Positions 38,501 through 49,791 of a stretch of 64,000 nt of DNA are shown here, one piece after another. The DNA comes from Thalia democratica (lineage: Eukaryota): NCBI GenBank assembly GCA_965202585.1, contig OZ241826.1:91636001-91700000 (forward strand). Direction: 5' to 3'. Position 1 is the first letter of the stretch. Each line of letters opens with the position of its first letter. The notes beneath the pieces were generated by a model, which had not been told where the DNA came from, searched no databases, and was given only the letters and a program-made list of their open reading frames with translations. Made by a program: the position numbers and the translations under genes.

Positions 38501-39780
38501 TCCTACGTTACCCTGAAACTTAAAGAAAAAATAAAATGTTTTAAGTATCCTGAGTTTGTGACAAACATGATTCAAGTTGTTTTCATCAGCTATAATTGCT
38601 ACAACTGATTGCATTTCATGACATTAAGATTTGATTTCTTGTTATTTTAATATTCACTAATAAAATAATCATTAATATACTATTGATTAGAGTCATCCTT
38701 AAATATATAATATCCAAATATGATCCAAATTTAATAGCCAAATTTGTTTGAGAAAATCACTATTTAGCTTTTCAAGCATTCCAACTTCAGTTTCTAAATA
38801 TTCCGTCATGGTAATACAATAGTTTTTAATTTAAAAGTAAATTAAAATGTTTCAACTAAAACAACTAAAACGTTTTCTGATATAAAAAACTACTTGATAT
38901 TTTCTAGAAACCTTTTCTTGAGTTTTTTATAAAACAACTAACTGGCCTAATTCATCCTTAATACATGCTTAAAAATTTCAAACCAATCTGAGTTTTTGTA
39001 AAGTCCTGAGATTTTGAAGAATCGAAACACTTTTTAAGATTTTGTGGAAATCTTGCTTAAATCTATCCTGAGTGACCTAAAAATGTCCTTAGTAATCCTA
39101 AAATTTTTAAAACCTTCAAATAATTGACAAAAAAAAATATAAAAACTCGAACAAATGTAGATATAAAATATGATGTTAGTGAATATTGAGCCACAATTTC
39201 TCATTTAAAGTTAAAATAAGGACTGTAAATTTAAAAAATCACAAAATTTTCCCGAATCTTTTTTAATAACACCATGATGGTCTAAAAGATTTTTAGTATA
39301 AAATTAAACTAGTCTAAGCTACCCTAAAGTATTTATTTATTTTATTTATTTTAAGTTGTTTTGAGTTATCATGAGAGTTTACTTTGAGTTATCTGAAATT
39401 TTTTAATATTTTAAGTTGTTCTGAGTTTCCGAGTGTTTTTTTTTTAATTTAAATCTATCCTGAGATATCTTACGTAACCCTGATATTTCAAAATCAAATT
39501 CTGAGTGTCTTAGGCATGTGGCAACCCTGGTTCAATGGCGTTAGTCTTTGATTTATCTGAAACAACTGATTGCATTGTTATTCAAATACTTACAAGCGAT
39601 TTTTTGTTAAATAAATACAGTTTTTGTCCAAAAAAGTTATTTAGCAAAAGTATTTACTCAGCGTCTTCTTTTTAATAATAGTTGCAAAGCAGTCTGTAGG
39701 GATCAAGTCTTAGTTACTTCGTAAATATTTTAAGGGAAGAGATAGTGTTAAATAGTTTAAAGACATACGAAACTTAATGT
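35600..39780. repeat. Old tandem duplication with a period of about 2.5 kb and an internal module of about 1 kb
   Basis: AAGCTCTAC.AGCTACAACTGA..TTATTGTAATGG at about 35715 and 38235. CTATTGATTAGAGTCATCCTTAAATATA at about 36158 and 38680. GTG(G/A)CAA...CTGATTGC.TT occurs four times (about 36040, 37040, 38560, 39520). Boundaries are approximate. Confidence 0.8.
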
Positions 39781-40452
39781 ACTTTATTTTCTTTATTTTT
39801 TTATGTTAAAAAACTTTCGTACATTAATAGAAAATGTTTAATAATGTTAAAAAAATTTCTATATAATATATTCTACTTAACATGTAACATTTTGTTTAAA
39901 ATCACTGGTCTTTCCAGGTATTTTGTCATTTTAGTTCATATTTCCATTGTTTTATTTTAAATGCCCCACATTTTAATTTTTTAGCCTAAATTGTGAATTA
40001 AATGTTTTTCAAGACTTTTAGGTTTTCGACTGCCCTAAATAGTTTTTACTATCTAAAGTCTTTTATAATTTGCTAATATTTTTGTAGAGTAAGATGGTTA
40101 TCATAGTTTCTGTGTCACTTGAATAGTTTAATACTATTGTTTTTTAAAGTATTATTCGAAGAAAAACTTTAAAACTACTTAGTTTGAAACTAAACTATAC
40201 TTGATTATTTAAAAGAATATTCAATCCCTAATTAGTTTTTCATTTAACAGTATTGCCATTGCCTTTCTAAAGTCTAAAAAACTACCCTTACAAACCAAAG
40301 TTATTTCTCGAGTTATCTTTTTTGTGTTGCTTAAATCTGTTATGAGTGATCTCAAACTATTGAATCATTCTAATTTTTTGTAATACTTTTCCTAATTCAT
40401 ATTTAATTTTTCGTTCACGTGAAAGTTTTTCGTATTAAAAAAATTTAAATTT

Positions 40453-41650
40453 TTGAACGAACGACTTCCTCTGTTCTGCTTGCAGTTGAGTGAACGCCTT
40501 TTTCTTGTCTGCTTGCAGTTGAGTGAACGCTTTCCTCTTGTCTGCTTGCAGTTGAGTGAACGCCTTCCTCTTGTCTGCTTGCAGTTGAGTGAACGCTTTC
40601 CTCTTGTCTGCTTGCAGTTGAGTGAACGCCTTCCTCTTGTCTGCTTGCAGTTGAGTGAACGCCTTCTTCTTGTCTGCTTGCAGTTGAGTGAACGCCTTCC
40701 TCTTGTCTGCTTGCAGTTGAGTGAACGCTTTCCTCTTGTCTGCTTGCAGTTGAGTGAACGCCTTCCTCTTGTCTGCTTGCAGTTGAGTGAACGCCTTCCT
40801 CTTGTCTGCTTGCAGTTGAGTGAACGCCTTCCTCTTGTCTGCTTGCAGTTGAGTGAACGCCTTCCTCTTGTCTGCTTGCAGTTGAGTGAACGCCTTCCTC
40901 TTGTCTGCTTGCAGTTGAGTGAACGCCTTCCTCTTGTCTGCTTGCAGTTGAGTGAACGCCTTCCTCTTGTCTGCTTGCAGTTGAGTGAACGCCTTCCTCT
41001 TGTCTGCTTGCAGTTGAGTGAACACATTCCTCTGTTTTCTTTGCAGTTTAGTGAATGCCTTCCTCTTGTCTGCTTGCAGTTGAGTGAACGCTTTCTTTAG
41101 TCTGATTGCAGTTGAGTGAACGCTTTCCTCTAGTCTGCTTGCAGTTGAGTGAACACATTCCTCTGTTTTCTTTGCAGTTTAGTGAATGCCTTCCTCTTGT
41201 CTGCTTGCAGTTGAGTGAACGCCTTCCTCTTGTCTGCTTGCAGTTGAGTGAACGCTTTCCTCTTGTCTGCTTGCAGTTGAGTGAACGCTTTCTTTAGTCT
41301 GATTGCAGTTGAGTGAACGCCTTCCTCTTGTCTGCTTGCAGTTGAGTGAACACATTCCTCTGTTTTCTTTGCAGTTTAGTGAATGCCTTCCTCTTGTCTG
41401 CTTGCAGTTGAGTGAACGCCTTCCTCTTGTCTGCTTGCAGTTGAGTGAACGCTTTCCTCTTGTCTGCTTGCAGTTGAGTGAACGCTTTCTTTAGTCTGAT
41501 TGCAGTTGAGTGAACGCTTTCCTCTAGTCTGCTTGCAGTTGAGTGAACGCCTTCCTCTTGTCTGCTTGCAGTTGAGTGAACACATTCCTCTGTTTTCTTT
41601 GCAGTTTAGTGAATGCCTTCTTCTGATCTTTTTGCAGTTGATTGAAGGCG
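40453..41650. repeat. 33-bp minisatellite, about 36 units (CTTGCAGTTGAGTGAACGCCTTCCTCTTGTCTG)
   Basis: Directly visible head-to-tail array without spacers. The left part is nearly homogeneous. The right part has variant 33- and 32-bp units recurring every 197 bp. Confidence 0.97.
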
Positions 41651-43292
41651 TTTATCTTCCATTTTCAAGTAATATATATATTTTTGTTTATCAATGTACT
41701 TTTTTATAAATGTTAGTGTGCCGGTTATTTTAACTTTACTGCCTTAAACGGTATCGTGACAATTACATAAAGTTTTTACTTATTTTTAAATATTTCGACA
41801 TCAGATTCAAGCTAATTGATATAAACTATTAGTAATTTATTTCATTCTTATGTCTTTTAAAAAACCTTAAATTAAACCATAAGCCATAAAAATATTTGTT
41901 TATGCAGAAATTTTGGTTAAAATAAACTTATTTTGTTTTTATAAAATTTGAACAGTATATGGAATAACCAACATATAAAGTTTATGTTCTTAAACACTTG
42001 ACTAAATAGTCTTTCGAAATAAAATCATTTAGCAATGCACTAATGCAGCAATTTTCAATCCGCAAAACAAATTTTTTATGCAAAAAAAAAACTAGTTATA
42101 TACGGTAAAACAATCTTCGAAAAATTTAAAAAATACAAAAATGATTGGTTTGTTTAACAACTGCTTCAAAATACTGAATATTACAATTTGAAAACTATTT
42201 GAAATATGCTTAACACAGGTCTAAAAATATAGCAAAGAGTTACAATGCAGCAATTTTTTGTCGGCAAATTAAATTTAAAATTAATTTAAGTTCTTGCATT
42301 TAAATTTTAGATAAATATTTTCCAGAACAAACTTGCTTTGTTTTACAAAGACAAAATTCTCTTCTTTAAAAACTCAAGAAAAACAAAAAAAAAACAAATT
42401 ATTTGTTTAGTTCCCTAAAGTTTATTAAACTTATCAACATACTTCTGCTTAGTAAAACTATGTAAAGTGAAAAATTTATTGATATATTTTTTAGTGTTTA
42501 CAAACATTGAAACGTTAAAGAAAGAATATAAACTAAAATTTACCATCGACGTTTTTTTAATCATTGTTTTTTATCTGACTCAAAATTAAAATCCAAAGTT
42601 TTTCAATTAACTTTGATTTTAATATAACTATTTAAAAATTCGTAGATAGTAACCATTAAACTTTTTATTTATATTCATACAAATGTACAAAAAAAAAAGC
42701 CTTTGATTTTTAGAATAACTTGTTAATTTTGAATTATGAAAAACTTCTCATAGATAAGTAAAGCTTTTGAAATGCCTTAAAACAGTTTATTTAACTGAAC
42801 ATTTTTTACTAATGTTTTCAAAAATGAGCAATACAATACATAAATCTTCTCTTGTATAGTCAAAATAATTTATAATTTTTTTTTTGTTTAGAATAAAATT
42901 GCTGAACAATTTTGCTACAATATTAAAATACTGTTAATAAACCGATTAAATTTTTAAATATACTCAATGCTATATCATACTGTAAAAACTAAACTTTATA
43001 GTAATCTAGACTTTAAATTATACATTAAACTTGTTTTAGTGTAGCTTTTACATTTATAGTGTGTTCTATGATTATTGTACTTTTTTAATACATGTAGAAT
43101 AAGTTATCCTTAAAGATTAAAGTTTTTTTTTAAGAAACATTTTGATCTTTTCTACATATATTTAAAGTTAAACATTTCAGTTGCTTATTTAATGTCTGTA
43201 TTCCATATGCTGCGATCCATAAAATATAAGGTATTAAACTTAATTTTTAAAATTCAGCATAGAATTTTTTCAGTTTTTAACCTGATTAAAAA

Positions 43293-44750
43293 ATGTCTGA
43301 TGTCGATAGGTTCGAAATTAGTGACTCCGAATCCGATGTTTTTCTGTGCCCTGAACCTTGCCCGAAAGAGTCTCACTGCCTCGCGTGTCACATCCCAACT
43401 CCTTCGCCTCCCTACACCGTTTGCAAGTACGAAGATTTGTTGAAAGCAATGGAAGAGGTCATTTGCGACGTCCAGGAAACGACGGTGGGTCGCAGCAAGA
43501 CTGAGCTGAGAATTCTGCTCGACACGTGCGATTGGGACGAACAGGCGTTGGTGGAAAAACTGGCCGGTGACGAGGCCGCTGTGAAGAAGCTGTACGATGA
43601 AGCACAGTTGCCGTTTGGGAAGACAAAGACGCTGAAAAAGTTTGGAAAATTTCAAGCGTACGAGTGTGGTATCTGCATATCGGATTATGATAGCTCCGAG
43701 ATGTTTCATTTTGACTGCGGTCATATTTTCTGCAGAGAATGCGTTGCTGAGACAGTCAAGCAAAAAATTCACGACCGTCAGCAACTGATATTTTGCCCTT
43801 CGAACCATTGTGACTGCTTGATACCAGATCACTGTGTGCTGGACTTGACGACTGAGGAGAGAGACAAAACCAAGTTTCAGAAGATGATAACTGATTCTTA
43901 CGTTCAAAACAAACCAAATCTCGGCCGGTGTCCGGGAAAGGACTGCGGCAACGTTTTCAAAATCAAAGAACATGTTTTCACGGCCGTCTACGTCTACTGC
44001 TGCAAAGGCCACAGCGATGTGTGCTTCAAATGCCGAAAGGATCCTCACGAGCCGCTGGACTGCCGCATGGCAAAGGTCTGGCTCGGCAAGCAGCTCGAGA
44101 GCAGTCTTACGTGGATCCAGGCGTTCACGAAGAACTGCCCGAACTGCGGCGTTGCGATCAACAAGAACGGAGGCTGCAACCGCATGAGCTGCAACCAGTG
44201 CGAGCACGACTTCTGCTGGATCTGCATGAAAGACTGGCATGAGCACGACACTTCTCGCGGCTGCAGCACTTACAGGGACCAGCATGAAACGCGGGACGAC
44301 GGCAAAAAGGCGCTGGAAAGGTACATGTTCTACTCGGACAGGTACAACCAACAAAAGCAGAGCTTGATGTTGGAGCGAGACATTAAGTTTGATGAAACTG
44401 TGAGCCCCACCGCTGATTCAAAAACAAGCCCAAGATATGCGAAGGAAGAAAGTCTTAACAATGCGGTAATGGTGTTGAAAGAATGCAGAATGATGCTGAT
44501 GAACACTTACGCGTTCGCCTACTTTCTTAAGGAAAACAACCAGTCGATCGTTTTCGAAAACAACCAGTCTGACCTGCAAACGAAAGTGGAAGAGTTGAGC
44601 GGGTTGTTGGAGCGGAACGTGCACAAGAGTGAAGTCCACAACCAGGCATTCCACGATGTAGTTCAGTGCTGCAAAGAAAGAAAAAACAAGTTGGTGGAAC
44701 ATGTGAAAGAGAGCATGGCGAATGATGATTGGATTTATTATTATAATTGA
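43293..44750 (+). CDS. ARIH1: Ariadne-family RBR E3 ubiquitin ligase (ARIH1-like), single exon, 485 aa
   Basis: RING1 CGIC...CGHIFCREC...CPSNHC; IBR CPGKDC...CCKGH..CFKC..DPHEPLDC; RING2/Rcat CPNCGVAINKNGGCNRMSCNQCEHDFCWIC; Ariadne domain ALERYMFYSDRY...LMNTYAFAYFLKENNQSIVFENNQSDL...LSGLLER. The C-terminal domain is closest to ARIH1 as recalled; it may be a paralog or retrocopy rather than the ortholog. Confidence 0.93.
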   Translation: MSDVDRFEISDSESDVFLCPEPCPKESHCLACHIPTPSPPYTVCKYEDLLKAMEEVICDVQETTVGRSKTELRILLDTCDWDEQALVEKLAGDEAAVKKLYDEAQLPFGKTKTLKKFGKFQAYECGICISDYDSSEMFHFDCGHIFCRECVAETVKQKIHDRQQLIFCPSNHCDCLIPDHCVLDLTTEERDKTKFQKMITDSYVQNKPNLGRCPGKDCGNVFKIKEHVFTAVYVYCCKGHSDVCFKCRKDPHEPLDCRMAKVWLGKQLESSLTWIQAFTKNCPNCGVAINKNGGCNRMSCNQCEHDFCWICMKDWHEHDTSRGCSTYRDQHETRDDGKKALERYMFYSDRYNQQKQSLMLERDIKFDETVSPTADSKTSPRYAKEESLNNAVMVLKECRMMLMNTYAFAYFLKENNQSIVFENNQSDLQTKVEELSGLLERNVHKSEVHNQAFHDVVQCCKERKNKLVEHVKESMANDDWIYYYN

Positions 44751-45477
44751 TTAGTGACTAATATTGTGCGTTGTAACTTTTCTTTGTATTGATCGTGGAG
44801 TTACTATGTTATTTTCCTTAGTTTAACTATTGATTTTTTTACTATTTAGTTTGTTTATAAGGTTTGATACTGTTTACTTTATAAGGTTTGTTTATAAGAT
44901 TTGATACTGTATACTGTTTTTCGCTTAGTTTCTAATACACTAGTAAAATATGAAGATGATTTTTTTATGAATTAAGTCCTTAACATAGATATTTAAGTTT
45001 GTATATTTTATAGACAAATTTAAAAAAACAACTTTGCTATACAAAACAAGTATTGCCAAGCAACTACATCATACAATTTTTATATGATAAAAATTTAATT
45101 AACTGTTTTCACAACACACTAGTACGTTAATCTTGAGTATATCTTGCTTTCAGATATTTTAAAACCTTAATAAATATTTAGAAGTTTTACAAAAACAATG
45201 CATTTTTACATATAAGACAGTCTATAGTTATATTGTATTTTTCAAAATAAACTAAACAAGTAGTATATGAAATTTAAAACTGAAAATTACCTTAAACGAA
45301 AATTTAAAACTCTAAATTTTTTATAAGATGCTGTTTTTTATACGTAGTATTTTTACTTTTGCTTAACTTTGTGACCCACTTATAATGTTTAATATTCAAA
45401 ATAAAGTTTTAAAATTGTTTTGTTTTGTGCAATTAATTGGCTGATATAATTGGCTAAACTAAAACAAGTTATTTTTA

Positions 45478-46084
45478 ACTTGGTATTTCATTCCATCTTG
45501 TCCTAAGTTGTTAGACACTATCTGAACTCCATACAAGACTTCTCATACTTTTTGACTTTTTTCATAGTCGCCTTTAATAGGCGTAATGTCGTATTTCTAA
45601 CAACCTATATGTGTATTTCTACAAAGCTACGAGTTTTTTTACTTGATATTTTGTTGCTTTGAGTTAATAACTCTATAAATATTCTATTACTACTTTAAAA
45701 TTTAAAAGAAATCTATTTCCTCAAAAAAATATTCACGATCCAATTTTCTTAACAAGCAATAAAAACAAATTTACATTTTCAAAATTCACAAAAAAAATAT
45801 TTTGAACTACTTTATAAAACAATGTTTCACTCTACTAAGCACCTTCACCTAAATTTAACACTTCTTATCTGAGAGTTAGTATTAAAACTTACTTATAAAA
45901 GCCTCGCAAACAACTAACCGCCCTTTTGTGTACTTTCTTCGCCACCGCCGCTTAGCACCATGGTTGCGGAAACTCCGCCACCGATCAAAACAACAGCAGC
46001 GATTATTCCGCCCACAACCGGCCCGCTAAAGGTTCCCTTCTTCGCTTGCTGTCCAGAATAATCGTAGCCAGAGTAATTTGACAT
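45478..46084 (-). pseudogene. Truncated pseudogene paralog of the type II C-type lectin at 57090-59472
   Basis: Exon 1 46084-45919 is intact (MSNYSGYDYSGQQAKKGTFSGPVVGGIIAAVVLIGGGVSATMVLSGGGEESTQKG). Exon 2 from 45604 has TAC>TAG and TGC>TGA stops and has lost its donor. No exon 3/4 equivalents lie before the Ariadne gene. Homology extends over about 45200-46230 versus 58620-59630. Confidence 0.85.
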
Positions 46085-48631
46085 TTCGTTATTTTTTCTG
46101 AAAACTTTCAGTTTTGCCTTTTTTGACCGAGCAGAATGTTTTCTAATTATGACGTAGTTTACCTTTGGTATTTTTATACAAAAATGTTTAATTTACCAAT
46201 TTCGATTTAAAATTATTCATTTGAGTTTACATAAACTATAAGACAATATTTACCGTATTAAGATGTTATTGAAGTTATTACTTACATTGTATACATTATT
46301 TGCTATAGATAAATATAGCCAAAGTAAAATTACAATCTAAATTTTTTCTAAATTTTTAGTTCATTGTTAAATCTTAAGAAAAATTAAATTTCATACATTC
46401 CTTTTTTTTTAAACAAGTTTTTTTTAAAGCCTATTCATACCAAAAAACTAAATGAACGACCTACAACTAAAAACTTAATCTGCAAACTCTTACAAATGAA
46501 AAGTAAAATCAAAGTAAAAACTTTTGTTGAAGTAGTTTATTTTCAAATCTCAATAACTGGTTTTTGACATAAAAAACTAGTCTTCGGGAATTTTTTTTTT
46601 AATTTTTAAGTTCTACGCTAAACGTACATTTCTATATTTTTTATGCTAAATATTCACGTACATAGTGATGAAATCAAACTTTATTGTCAAATGAAAAACC
46701 GTATTTACTCGAAATAGTTTTAAATCAAACGTTATTAAGTCTTTGATAAGGTGAAAATTTTTTTTTGAGTTGCTTACGACTCTGTAATATGGTCAAAAAA
46801 ATTAAATTGCAAAAAAAAATAGTTGTAAATGTAAAAAGAGTATTTGTAAATTGTTAAACTATTCTCGTCATTATTTTTTTCTGTAAATGAACAAATGTGG
46901 TCTGTAATAAAGTATTTTTAAAGTATTTTGAAAAGAACTGGATCATAAATTAAAGTGAATATAATTGTTGCTTAAAGAAAAGTTTCAACTTTAATTACTA
47001 AACTGAGCAACGAAGTAACTGCTAGTAACTACTAACAAACAAGTATGTATAAAACAAATGATAAATAGAAATATATTACTTGCAACATGTTAATTTCTGC
47101 TGCCAGCCGATAATAAATAAAAAAAAATGAACTATACGGCAGGAACATTGATAAGGTGTGCATTTTAAAATACACACCCTAAATTTATGAAATGAATAAA
47201 GTAAAATTTTATTCTAAAAAAGCATGATACTTTATCAAATGAGTAAATTTAAATAATCGTAAGGTATACTTAACATTTAAAATGTAAATACACTATCGGT
47301 GTTTTTCGAAAACATCAAGAAGCTCTAGATCAGGATTCTCAAAAAAATTATAAACTCCTCACAAGCAGAAATTTAAAAAAAAATCACCCTTATCTATTAT
47401 ACATTGCACGTTTACTAATTAGTTACCCACTTTCTTTGTTGTCGAAATAATAATTAACGCCATGTGATTGTCAATTTCGTCTTTTAATTAAAGTATAAGT
47501 TGTAAAACATGAACAGAATTTTGGTATAAAAATAATAAAATTTTAATTTACCTTCTAGGATTAATCTTAATACAAATTGAAAATTATAAACGGTTGGCAT
47601 TAAATTAACAAACTTACTCAATAAAACATTATTATTATTTGCTTAAGAGGTAACTAAAATAATGATTTAAAAGAAATTAACCTGCACTTACACATTTCTT
47701 GCAAAACAATATATACAATCTAATAGTTGTTTAATTAAAGACAACTCAAACTATAGCTAAGTTATTGATGAACTTCTTAAACATTTATCTGTTAGATAAC
47801 AACGTAATTGAAACTTGATTAAAAAAAGATCGAAACTTAATTTTACACTTTAAACTTTTAAATTGGATAAAAACTGTATTTTAATTATTAAACCTCTAAA
47901 AAAAATTGGTATATAAATAATTTTATAGTTAATGAATCTTTTTCTCTTAATAAATATAAAAAGCATTTATATTTTAGTAAAAATTAGACAATAGTTTTTT
48001 TTTAAACAAATTATAGATACTTATAAAGAGGATAAAATTGTTTAAAGAGTTTTCAACGAAACAAATTATGAATTAAGTAATTTACTTTACAGATAATAAA
48101 TGTGTAAATTGGTTTGTTTACACATTCACTATTATTCATCATAATGAACGTTTTTTCAAAGTTTTAAATTTGTGGCTTTTTGAATTTCTTTAAACTTTGG
48201 TTCACACAATTTCTACTTTTTTGATAAAAAATCTTTATTAAATTTATAATTCAACTATTGTACGGTTTGCGATGAATCATTCATACAGTCATGTGAATGA
48301 TTCACAGTTGACCAGACGATATGATAAGATATATTATGATATGACACTTTAAAAAACATTATAAAACTTTTTAATTATTAGAATAAAAAAAATTCTTGTA
48401 CTAACCACAGCTAAAGTTGTGTTAGATAAGGCTTCAGAACTGTTTTAAGTTTTTATATTACTGCTCAGATGGAATACTTTAAATATGTTGTTTGTTTTGA
48501 TACAGTAGAGCTTTGAACTAATATTTTTAACAGTTCTTTAAGTTTGTGATATTTAAAATGTTTTTCAATGATTATTTTTTTAACTCAAAAGTAACTTTTT
48601 TTCTTGTATTACCGAAGTCTTTATTTCAAAG

Positions 48632-49545
48632 CTTTATTTAAACTTAACTAGAGTAAACAAAAATTCTATAATAAAAAACTAACAGCTCTAAATATGTTTT
48701 AATGATTAATAAAATTAACTAAAACTAACTTCTACATATATTTGCAGAATTAAAAGTTTTAATACAAAATGAAAACTCTCTTGCTGATGATTTTTATTAC
48801 TAGCATCATACATTGTCATGCACACAAAACAACTTCAAGCAATGGTAATCTAATTTATTATTTAAAAAAATTTTTATTAGTTTGCCGTTATTTAATCTTT
48901 AGCTTCATATAAAGTTAATTGTTAGTTTGTTGTGAAAAGTTAAGCGAATAAAAACCTAATTAAAAACTAAAAAACTAAACGATTTAATCTAAACTTTGTT
49001 TATGTTTTTTGTTTATATAAGTATTCTTTCTTATCAGGTATACTAGTATTAGTACATTTATACATTAAAACTATGTAAACTTTTTATTATGAAACAAGCT
49101 AGTTACTTCTAGTTCTGCCAGTACTATTTCTAAAAGTTTTAATTATTTTTAAACTACAAACTGTAAAAATACTGTAAAAACCTAACAATAGGATCCTTGA
49201 AAAACTTCAAATTTCTAGTTTTTTTTAAGCATACAAGTTATATATACATATTTAGGTTGATGGTGACTAAAATAAAAATTACTCTACTTGAATAAAAAAG
49301 TTTATAAATAAAAAAAGGTAAAATATGTTTTGTAAATAAGATGTTCTGCTTTGTAAACTTTGTTAAATTTATTTAGTGTTACCTTATTATCCAACAGATT
49401 TGTTTTGAGAAGAAAAGTAAAATTTTGTAATTTAAGCTTTATAAAGAAGACAACATTTGTTTTAAGGGACTTTCAACACACATCTACTTAACAGTTTATA
49501 AACATTTATTGTAGTGTGCTTTTATATATAGTGTAATATTTTACA
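48632..49545 (+). repeat. Copy A of a duplicated segment of about 920 bp (copy B 55157-56115); the Gypsy element lies between the copies
   Basis: Long colinear matches, for example ATTTAAACTTAACTAGAGTAAACAAAAATT, TTTTATTAGTTTGCCGTTATTTAATCT.TAGCTTCATATAAAG and TTTAGGTTGATGGTGACTAAAATAAAAA, with an offset of about 6.5 kb. Confidence 0.85.
48769..48844 (+). CDS. Putative first coding exon of a secreted protein (signal peptide), copy A
   Basis: MKTLLLMIFITSIIHCHAHKTTSSN followed by G|GTAATC. Basic N-terminus, hydrophobic core and C-H-A cleavage-like site. Downstream exons were not identified. Confidence 0.4.
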
Positions 49546-49678
49546 AGCAAAAATTTTTTTTTAAGTTTTTTTTGTAACTTACTAAATTACTTTAAGATTT
49601 TTATTTGAAACAAACTCTACGTTTCTCGTTGAAACGTATTTAGCTTAATTTATATTTCAATTAAAAGTTACACAATAC

Positions 49679-49782
49679 TAAATAAATATATCTTTCTTTG
49701 TTGAGTTTATTTACAAACTAATTAAAAGAATGATAAAATCTGTACAAGAAAACATAATGAAAGCTAGGTAAATACTTATACA
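49679..49782 (-). repeat. 3' LTR (104 bp)
   Basis: Base-for-base identical to 54786-54889. On the element strand it reads TGTATAAG...AATAAA...TTTATTTA. Confidence 0.95.
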
Positions 49783-49791
49783 TCTCCCCCC
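49783..49791 (-). other. Polypurine tract
   Basis: GGGGGGAGA on the element strand, immediately before the TG of the 3' LTR. Confidence 0.85.

Noticed and set aside
40453-41650. CRISPR array
   Set aside because: The 33-bp units are head-to-tail with no unique spacers, the context is eukaryotic, and there are no cas genes.
40392-41709. Plus-strand (LVCLQLSERLP)n and minus-strand (SLNCKQTRGRR)n ORFs as genes
   Set aside because: The repeat unit simply lacks stops in several frames; no independent support.
43254-44354. 366-aa antisense ORF and the smaller ORFs overlapping Ariadne
   Set aside because: Shadow frames of a GC3-rich coding sequence; no recognisable domains.
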